DNA from: Actinomycetes bacterium | GTDB taxonomy: Bacteria; Actinomycetota; Acidimicrobiia; Acidimicrobiales; JAJZJN01 | DNA length: 24,000 bases | Direction of reading: 5' to 3' | Assembly (NCBI GenBank): GCA_021851165.1 | Contig: JAJZJN010000014.1 | Location: 7,638-31,637 of the forward strand | Part shown: piece after piece, positions 1-6,527 of the stretch | Layout of the letters: every line of letters starts with the position of its first letter | How positions within the stretch are numbered: the stretch's first letter is position 1 | Translations under genes and position numbers: made by a program | The notes under the pieces: generated by a model | Seen by the model: only the letters and a program-made list of their open reading frames with translations | The model's database searches: none | What the model was told of the DNA's origin: nothing

Positions 1-318
1 GTCCATCATCCCGGGCATGGAGAACTTCGCTCCGGAACGAACACTGACGAGCAGGGGGTCGCTCGGCTCACCGAGGCGCTTACCCATCTTGCGCTCCAGG
101 CGGGCACGGGCCCTCGAAACCTCCTCCGTGAGCCCGTCGGGCCAGCCACCAGCCATGTAGTCCCTGCACGCGTCGGTGGTGATGGTGAACCCGTAGGGAA
201 CCGGGAGGTTCAGCACCGAGGTCATCTCGGCCAGGTTGGCTCCCTTACCACCGAGAAGGTCCTTCATCTCCATGGGCGGGCGGCGGTGCTTGTGGTCGAA
301 GTCGTAGACGTATGACAT
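1..318 (-). CDS. ppdK: Pyruvate, phosphate dikinase, N-terminal 106 codons only (the gene runs off the window start)
   Basis: The reverse complement of 1..318 translates to MSYVYDFDHKHRRPPMEMKDLLGGKGANLAEMTSVLNLPVPYGFTITTDACRDY...DPLLVSVRSGAKFSMPGMMD. This matches the PPDK N-terminal ATP-grasp signature (LLGGKGxNLAEM, DPLLVSVRSGA..SMPGMMD). The ATG at 316-318 is preceded by AGGAGG (complement of 324-329) with a 5-nt spacer. It is absent from the ORF track because no stop falls inside the window. Confidence 0.85.
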   Translation of the reverse strand, partial: MSYVYDFDHKHRRPPMEMKDLLGGKGANLAEMTSVLNLPVPYGFTITTDACRDYMAGGWPDGLTEEVSRARARLERKMGKRLGEPSDPLLVSVRSGAKFSMPGMMD

Positions 319-434
319 CAGGCCTCCTGGCTGGGGATCGGGCTCCTGTGAGCGTACCGCTACCAACCGGGGGTCGCGCTCCGCCAACGCGGTCGATGCC
401 CTGGACGATCACCGGCTGGCCGGGTTACATCTCC

Positions 435-1772
435 TCAAGTGGCCAGGCGGTCGTTCATCTCCGTGGCGAGCCGGTCGATGGGGACCCTCACCTGCTCGGT
501 GGTGTCTCGATCTCGCAGGGTAACCGATCGGTCCTCGAGAGACTCGAAGTCGACCGTGACACACCATGGGGTACCTACCTCGTCCTGGCGACGGTAGCGC
601 CGCCCTATGGATTGGGTGACGTCGTAATCGCACATGCACAGTGGCTGGAGGATGCCTAGCACCTCTCGCGCCAATGGCTCGAGGGATTCCTTCTTCGAAA
701 GCGGCAACACCGCCACCTGGTAAGGCGCTAGGCGACGGTCGAGACGCAGCACGGTGCGCCGCTCCCCCCCTATCTCGTCCTCGTCGTAGGCCGACAGAAG
801 GAAGGCCATCATTGTCCGCGTGGCACCGGCGGCGGGCTCGATCACGTAGGGAACGTAGCGCTCGCCGGAGGCCTGGTCGAAATACTCGAGCTTCTCCCCT
901 GATGCCGCGGCGTGGGCACGCAGATCGAAATCCGTCCGGTTCGCTATGCCCTCCAGCTCGTCGAATCCCCACGGGAACATGAATTCGACATCGGCAGTGG
1001 CCTTCGAGTAGTGCGACAGCTCTTCACTGCCATGGTGTCGGAGGCGCAGCTTCTCCTCAGGGATCCCGAGCTTCCGGTACCAGTCCATGCGCTCGTTGCA
1101 CCAGTAGTCGAACCACCTGTCTGCCTCAGCCGGTGGAACGAAGTACTCCATCTCCATCTGCTCGAACTCCCGCGTGCGGAACACGAAGTTCTGCGGGGTT
1201 ATCTCGTTGCGAAACGACTTGCCTACCTGAGCTATGCCGAAAGGTGGCTTCTTACGGGAGGTCTGGAGCACAGCAGGAAAATTTACGAACATACCTTGAG
1301 CCGTCTCGGGACGTAGGTATGCCACGGTGGCCTCGTCCTCGACGGGACCTGCATAGGTCTTGAACATTAAGTTGAACGCTCGGGGCTCGGTCAGATCCGC
1401 AGAGCCACACGCCGGGCAAGTACCGCCGATCTTGTCCGCACGCCAGCGTTCATGGCAGTTCCGGCAGTCCACCAGGGGGTCCGTGAAATTGGAGAGATGG
1501 CCCGACGCCTCCCACATCCTCGGACTCGACAGGATGGCAGCATCCAGCCCGACCACATCGTCGCGGCACTGCACCATCGCGCGCCACCACGCGTCCTTGA
1601 CATTGCGAAGCATGAGCACGCCGAGCGGCCCGTAGTCATACGTCGACCTGAAACCTCCATAGATCTCTGCCGACGGGAAGACGAACCCACGCCGCTTGCA
1701 GAGGTTCACCACCTTCTCCATCAGCGAGTCGGCAGCGCCGCTAGGTTCCAGCCCGGTTTGCTCGCTGTTCAT
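435..1772 (-). CDS. glyQS: Glycine--tRNA ligase (class II, homodimeric GlyQS type)
   Basis: A 445-aa ORF. It carries RRGFVFPSAEIYGG, YLRPETAQG, FRNEITP and GxERxxxxxL-type class II motifs, plus a C-terminal anticodon-binding region (APYQVAVLPL). Its ATG overlaps the hemW stop as ATGA at 1769-1772. Confidence 0.95.
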   Translation of the reverse strand: MNSEQTGLEPSGAADSLMEKVVNLCKRRGFVFPSAEIYGGFRSTYDYGPLGVLMLRNVKDAWWRAMVQCRDDVVGLDAAILSSPRMWEASGHLSNFTDPLVDCRNCHERWRADKIGGTCPACGSADLTEPRAFNLMFKTYAGPVEDEATVAYLRPETAQGMFVNFPAVLQTSRKKPPFGIAQVGKSFRNEITPQNFVFRTREFEQMEMEYFVPPAEADRWFDYWCNERMDWYRKLGIPEEKLRLRHHGSEELSHYSKATADVEFMFPWGFDELEGIANRTDFDLRAHAAASGEKLEYFDQASGERYVPYVIEPAAGATRTMMAFLLSAYDEDEIGGERRTVLRLDRRLAPYQVAVLPLSKKESLEPLAREVLGILQPLCMCDYDVTQSIGRRYRRQDEVGTPWCVTVDFESLEDRSVTLRDRDTTEQVRVPIDRLATEMNDRLAT

Positions 1773-2920
1773 TGAGGCAGGATACCGTTTCGCAGCAGAC
1801 GACCTTCCCCGCCGGCATTGGCGAGCGACGGAGGAACCACCAGACGCGCCGCGACCTCGTTGGCAAGCAGCCTTCCCCTGAGGTTGAGCACAGCCCTGTC
1901 ACCTCGTCTGTCGAACAGCTCCTCGAGTGCTCGATCTCCACCAAGTGCAGCCCAGGGAACACCGTCGGCCGTCCGCACCGCCAGCAGCAGCTCCTCGAAG
2001 GCGCGCTCGGAGGGGTCGAGCACCTCGCGAGCCGCCTCGGGTGATCGGAGCTGCTCGACTGCCGATATGTAGCGCTCTGGGGTCCGGACGTTCCACCAGC
2101 GCTGACCGGAACTATGCGAATGTGCCGCGCAACCGATGCCCCGGTAGTCGCCCTGGGACCAATAGAGCCGGTTGTGCTTACACTCCTGACCTGGGATCGC
2201 CCAGTTCGAGACCTCGTACCAACGGTATCCGGCCGCCTCCAGGACAGCGTCGGCAATCTCGTAGCGGCGAGCTTGGACATCGTCGTCTGGATGGCGGGCG
2301 GCATCGGCCGCAAGCGGTGTCCCTGGCTCGACGGTGAGCGCGTAGCAGCTCACATGGCCCGGGGGCGGTTGGAGCCCGAGCACCGCGTCGAGGGTGGCCT
2401 CGAATGCTGCGTCGGTTTCCCCTGGCCCTCCGAAGATCAGGTCCAGGCTCACCCGGGTGAACCCGGCCTCCGCGGCCAGAGTCACGGCGGAGAGCGTCGA
2501 CGCTACATCGTGATGCCGTCCCAGCCCTGCGAGCACTGTGGGAATCATCGATTGCGCTCCGAACGAGACACGGTTGACCCCTGCATCACGCCATGACGCG
2601 AACCGCTCCGTTGAAGCGTCCTCGGGATTGCACTCCACTGTCACCTCGGCGCACGGTTCGCGCGGTATGACAGCGAGGATCCTCTCTATCCCGCCTATGG
2701 CGAGGCGCGACGGCGTGCCGCCACCGACGAACACCGAGGTTGCCGGGGGAAGCTTCTCGCTCTCCCACGCCCGTTGCGCCTCCGCGACACACGCAGTGAC
2801 ATAGCGCTCCATCAGGTGGTCACGATCGACCCAAGTCGCGAACGCGCAGTAATCGCAACGCGACGCGCAGAACGGCACGTGCACGTAGGCACCTAGCGAC
2901 CAGCTGCCAGCTGCTCTCAC
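1769..2920 (-). CDS. hemW: Radical SAM heme chaperone HemW / oxygen-independent coproporphyrinogen-III oxidase-like protein
   Basis: A 383-aa ORF with an N-terminal YVHVPFCASRCDYCAF (CxxxCxxC radical-SAM cluster). The remainder is HemN-like (GGGTPS, NRVSFGAQS). Its GTG start overlaps the recO stop as GTGA at 2917-2920. Confidence 0.85.
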   Translation of the reverse strand: MRAAGSWSLGAYVHVPFCASRCDYCAFATWVDRDHLMERYVTACVAEAQRAWESEKLPPATSVFVGGGTPSRLAIGGIERILAVIPREPCAEVTVECNPEDASTERFASWRDAGVNRVSFGAQSMIPTVLAGLGRHHDVASTLSAVTLAAEAGFTRVSLDLIFGGPGETDAAFEATLDAVLGLQPPPGHVSCYALTVEPGTPLAADAARHPDDDVQARRYEIADAVLEAAGYRWYEVSNWAIPGQECKHNRLYWSQGDYRGIGCAAHSHSSGQRWWNVRTPERYISAVEQLRSPEAAREVLDPSERAFEELLLAVRTADGVPWAALGGDRALEELFDRRGDRAVLNLRGRLLANEVAARLVVPPSLANAGGEGRLLRNGILPQ

Positions 2921-3636
2921 CAGCTTCCCGACACTGTGCGCAGGCTCCGCAATCGACGATCAAGATGTAGCTCGATCGCCTCACCGGCCAGATCGGACAC
3001 CTCCCCGACAACCTCACCAGCGGGTTCCGCCAGCGCAGAGCCAAGCGACCCACCGAGGATCCGTCTTATCAGATCGAGAGCGCCGGGCGACACCGGACGT
3101 CCACGCCGGCAGGAACGGCACAGCACCCCACCCTCGATAATGTCGAACGCGACCAGCCCACTGTCCGACCCGCACGACACACAGACATCCAGGATCGGTG
3201 AAGCACCGTCGAGCGCGACCGCCTTCAAGAAAAACGCCGCCGGCATCAAAGGGGGATCGGTGGTGGCAAGCACCCTGAGCCCCCCTACGAGCATGTCGTA
3301 CATCCGTGGATTCACATGACGCTCCATGGAAAGCTGGTCGACAACCTCGAGCATCGAGTAGGCTTTCTGGACCCGCCCCAGGTTCTCGCGAATCGCGCGG
3401 AAGCTGTCGATCACCTCCGCCTGGTTGATGATGTCAAGCTCCCGGCCTGCCCAGCACATCATCACCACATGAGACAGCGGCTCCAGGCGGCCACCGAACT
3501 TCGAGGTCGTCCGACGCACCCCCTTTGCAACGGCCCTCACCTTGCCATGCTCACGCGTGACCATGGTCACGATCCGGTCTGCCTCGCCGAGCCGCATAGT
3601 CCGCAGCACCACACCCTGATCGCGATACAGGCTCAC
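2917..3636 (-). CDS. recO: DNA repair protein RecO
   Basis: The track ORF (344 aa) is over-extended. Homology begins at the GTG at 3634-3636 (VSLYRDQGVVLRTMRLGEADRIVTMVTREHGKVRAVAKG), which is the typical RecO OB-fold N-terminus. There is a CxxC...CxxC zinc motif (CVSCGSD...LCRSCRRG). The GTG overlaps the stop of the upstream micro-ORF as GTGA. Confidence 0.85.
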   Translation of the reverse strand: MSLYRDQGVVLRTMRLGEADRIVTMVTREHGKVRAVAKGVRRTTSKFGGRLEPLSHVVMMCWAGRELDIINQAEVIDSFRAIRENLGRVQKAYSMLEVVDQLSMERHVNPRMYDMLVGGLRVLATTDPPLMPAAFFLKAVALDGASPILDVCVSCGSDSGLVAFDIIEGGVLCRSCRRGRPVSPGALDLIRRILGGSLGSALAEPAGEVVGEVSDLAGEAIELHLDRRLRSLRTVSGSW

Positions 3637-3797
3637 CGCGGCGTGCCCCGCCCCCCGAGCACATTTCCCATGGCGATCATGAGCACGATCGCCCCCACGG
3701 TCACCAGAATTGCCAGGGCTCCCCTCAGGCCCGCAGCAGCCATCACGATGAGACCTGCAACGGTGGCCAGGCCGAGCAGCCATGCGACCGCCTTCAT
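3633..3797 (-). CDS. Small hypothetical membrane protein, 54 aa, two predicted TM helices
   Basis: The sequence is MKAVAWLLGLATVAGLIVMAAAGLRGALAILVTVGAIVLMIAMGNVLGGRGTPR. Its ATG overlaps the uppS stop (ATGA, 3794-3797) and its TGA overlaps the recO GTG (GTGA, 3633-3636). It therefore exactly fills the uppS-recO gap. Third-codon positions are mostly G/C, as in the neighbouring genes. I recognise no homologue. Confidence 0.5.
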   Translation of the reverse strand: MKAVAWLLGLATVAGLIVMAAAGLRGALAILVTVGAIVLMIAMGNVLGGRGTPR

Positions 3798-4576
3798 CCG
3801 TGGACCCTGCCGTAACGTCGCTCGCGGCGCTGGAACTCGGCGACCGCCTCGAAGAGGTCCTCGCGGCGAAAGTCCGGCCATAGGACGTCCGTGAACACCA
3901 GCTCGGAGTAAGCCAGCTGCCATAGCAGGAAGTTCGATATCCGGTACTCACCAGACGTGCGTATGACCAGGTCGGGATCAGGCTGGTCGGGAAAGTATAG
4001 GTGGGCCCGGATGGTCCGCTCGTCTATCTTGTCAGGCCTCACTCCTTCGGCGACGAGCTTGCGCACCGCATCGACAATCTCAGCCCTACCGCCGTAGTTG
4101 AATGCCATCGTCAGGGTCATGCGCCTGTTCGACAGGGTCATGTCCGACGATTCGTCCATCCGGCGAAGCACCCTGCGTGGGACCCTCCAGTCCCGACGTC
4201 CAGCGAATCGAATACGCACCCCCTTGTCGTTCAGCTCGTCGCGGCGCCTGGCGAGCAACGACTCGTTGAAGTTCATGAGGTAGCGCACCTCGTCGGCCGG
4301 CCGGCGCCAGTTCTCCGTGGAGAAGGCGAACATAGTGAGCCAACCGACACCGATTTCGAGTGCCCCCTCGACGACATCCATCAGGGCTTCTTCGCCGGCC
4401 CCGTGACCTTCTGTCCGGGGGAGACCCCTCTGGCTGGCCCAACGGCCGTTGCCATCCATCACGCAGGCGACGTGCACCGGCACGCGCCCTGCGTCGAGCT
4501 CCGCGTGCTGCGATCGGCCGGCGAGCCTCCGGGGGGGATCTGATGGGCTCGAGTGTGCCGGAGACGCAGTGCGCAC
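3794..4576 (-). CDS. uppS: Isoprenyl transferase (undecaprenyl/decaprenyl diphosphate synthase family, cis-prenyltransferase)
   Basis: A 260-aa ORF with HVACVMDGNGRWA, FAFSTENWRRP and IRTSGEYRISNFLLWQLAYSE, the canonical cis-IPPS motifs. The start is a GTG at 4574-4576, so the exact start is uncertain. Confidence 0.9.
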   Translation of the reverse strand: MRTASPAHSSPSDPPRRLAGRSQHAELDAGRVPVHVACVMDGNGRWASQRGLPRTEGHGAGEEALMDVVEGALEIGVGWLTMFAFSTENWRRPADEVRYLMNFNESLLARRRDELNDKGVRIRFAGRRDWRVPRRVLRRMDESSDMTLSNRRMTLTMAFNYGGRAEIVDAVRKLVAEGVRPDKIDERTIRAHLYFPDQPDPDLVIRTSGEYRISNFLLWQLAYSELVFTDVLWPDFRREDLFEAVAEFQRRERRYGRVHG

Positions 4577-4720
4577 ATAGAGAACCTACCCGACCTACCC
4601 CCCCGTGGCGGACCACCCGGGGTACAATGCAATCATCAAGCGTGATCAGGGCATCACAGAGGTATGGGGGACGTCGACACCACCAGCAGGTGAACGCCAT
4701 AGCACGGGAAGAAGCAGCGC

Positions 4721-5158
4721 GTGACTGCCGTTTGGATATGGCTGGCCGTGGCGGTCGGCGCGGTGATCCTGGAGGTCTCGACACTGGCCTTCTTCGGCCT
4801 CTTTGCGGCCTTCGGAGCATTCGCCGCCGCTATCGCAGGCGCTCTCGGGGCTCCACTGGCGATCCAGGCGGCCGTGTTTGCCGGCGCGTCCGGTGCTGGC
4901 GTAGTGCTCGTGCGGCGCCCGCTCATGAAAGCGCTCGGCCCTTCCAGGCGTGGTGCGCTTGTGTCGGGAGTGGCCGGCCTCGTCGGTCAGAGCGCCACGG
5001 TTGTCGACGTAGTAGCTGACCAGGACCATCCGGGCAAGGTGCATGTGCGGGGCGAGGACTGGCCTGCCATCACTTACGACATGGCGCCTTTGGAGCCAGG
5101 TCAGGTGGTCACCATCGTCGAGCTGGATCACACACGCCTCGTGGTGAGCGCTGTCTGA
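4721..5158 (+). CDS. NfeD-family membrane protein (short form: N-terminal TM segments plus C-terminal OB-fold)
   Basis: A 145-aa ORF with a GTG start. It has a hydrophobic N-terminal half and a C-terminal LVGQSATVVDVV...GKVHVRGEDWPA...PLEPGQVVTIVELDHTRLVV, typical of the NfeD C-terminal domain. It sits directly upstream of an SPFH gene, which is the classic nfeD-SPFH pairing. Confidence 0.8.
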   Translation: MTAVWIWLAVAVGAVILEVSTLAFFGLFAAFGAFAAAIAGALGAPLAIQAAVFAGASGAGVVLVRRPLMKALGPSRRGALVSGVAGLVGQSATVVDVVADQDHPGKVHVRGEDWPAITYDMAPLEPGQVVTIVELDHTRLVVSAV

Positions 5159-5318
5159 TGTGCAGACGTGCCCGCTCGACACGCAGGCCGGGGCCTGGCC
5201 CATCTGGCGAGCTGATCCGCGAGCCCCTCTGCAAAGCCCCGGGAGACCTTGAAAATGCACCGGCTCCACGCTGCTGCGGAGCTGGTCCCGACTACACGGA
5301 GGGACGGAGGGAGGGAGC

Positions 5319-6407
5319 ATGTTTCATATGATCGCCACCCAGACCGGTAGCGAGGTAGCACTCACGCTCGTCGTGGTGGTTCTGGTCCTGCTTGTCGTAT
5401 TGGTGCTGTCACGGTCGGTGCGCGTCGTGCAACAGGGAAGCGTCGGCGTGGTGAAACGCCTGGGGCAGTTCCACACGGTCCGCTCACCCGGAATAGCCTT
5501 CATTGTCCCGCTCATCGACACCATTCAGCGCGTCGACATCCGCGAGGAGCCTCGCGTTGGAGATATGCAGTCCGTGATCACCAAGGACAACGTCAACGTG
5601 ATGGTCAATGCGACCATATTCAGCCAGGTTGTCGACGTGAAGCTTGCTCTGTTCGAGGTGAGCCAATACCACGTTGCAGTAGATCAGATAGGCAGGACCG
5701 CCCTGCGAGCGGTCTTCGGCGGGCTCACCCTTGACGAGGCGCTGAGTGAGCGCCAGCGGATCAACCTCGAGCTTCAGGAGCACATGGCCTCCGTGACAGA
5801 GAAATGGGGGGTGAGGCTGAACCGCATAGAGATCGTGGACATCGTCCCCCCGAAGAACATCATCGACGCGATGGCCCTACAGAAGGAGGCCGACCAGCAC
5901 AAGCGCGCGGCAATCCTCCAATCCGAAGGCGAGCAGCAGGCGGCAATCAACTCAGCCAAAGGTCGTAGGCAGGCGGCAATCGAGATGGCCGAGGGCGAGA
6001 AGCAGGCGGCGGTCCTGCGCGCCGAAGGTCAGAAGAAGGCGACGATCCTGGAAGCCGAAGCCGGCAAGCAGGCTGCCATCCTAAGAGCACAGGGCCACCG
6101 GGAGGCTGCCATCCAGACAGGCAAGGGCAAGGCTGGCGCGATAGAAGCCGTGTACGCAGCAGTTCACCAGGGAAACCCGACTCCTGAGCTGCTCGCCGTC
6201 CTCCAACTGGAAACCCTGGGAAACATCGCGACCAGCGACAACGCGAAGCTTGTCGTGCCAGTGGAGACGGCAGGCCTCCTGGGCGCGGCCCAAGCTCTCC
6301 GATCGGTTCTGGCAGCCGTGCCGGAGTCGGGGAGCCAAGCCACCGCCACGGCAGGCAGTGCAGGGGGCACTGCCAACGCGGGTGCTGCCGGGAGCACAGG
6401 CGGCTGA
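5319..6407 (+). CDS. SPFH/Band 7 (stomatin/prohibitin-like) membrane protein
   Basis: A 362-aa ORF. The ATG is preceded by GGAGGGAGGGAG. There is an N-terminal TM (ALTLVVVVLVLLVVLVL) and an SPFH core (VVQQGSVGVVKRLGQF...PGIAFIVPLID...ITKDNVNVMVNA). Heptad-like AEG/QAAI repeats follow, then an Ala/Gly/Thr-rich tail. Confidence 0.9.
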   Translation: MFHMIATQTGSEVALTLVVVVLVLLVVLVLSRSVRVVQQGSVGVVKRLGQFHTVRSPGIAFIVPLIDTIQRVDIREEPRVGDMQSVITKDNVNVMVNATIFSQVVDVKLALFEVSQYHVAVDQIGRTALRAVFGGLTLDEALSERQRINLELQEHMASVTEKWGVRLNRIEIVDIVPPKNIIDAMALQKEADQHKRAAILQSEGEQQAAINSAKGRRQAAIEMAEGEKQAAVLRAEGQKKATILEAEAGKQAAILRAQGHREAAIQTGKGKAGAIEAVYAAVHQGNPTPELLAVLQLETLGNIATSDNAKLVVPVETAGLLGAAQALRSVLAAVPESGSQATATAGSAGGTANAGAAGSTGG

Positions 6408-6440
6408 GCAGGCAACAGCACAGGCGGCTGAGCAGGTGGC
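6393..6440. repeat. 24-bp tandem duplication spanning the SPFH stop codon
   Basis: AGCACAGGCGGCTGAGCAGG occurs at 6393-6412 and again perfectly at 6417-6436, with 4-nt linkers CAAC and TGGC. Both copies are in the SPFH frame and each reads S-T-G-G-stop. Confidence 0.8.
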
Positions 6441-6527
6441 GAGCTCCGATCCGACCATGCCAAGTGGCGCCGCGGGAGCGGTGGCACCTTGCTTGCGCCT
6501 TCCTGTCGATGCATTAGCGTCGGCCAG

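Noticed and set aside
319-434. A T-box or other leader for glyQS, or a regulatory RNA between glyQS and ppdK.
   Set aside because: The glyQS start is overlapped by the hemW stop, so it has no leader. The 116-bp region lies downstream of glyQS and upstream of ppdK. It shows only the ppdK SD and no convincing conserved structure or terminator that I can verify by eye.
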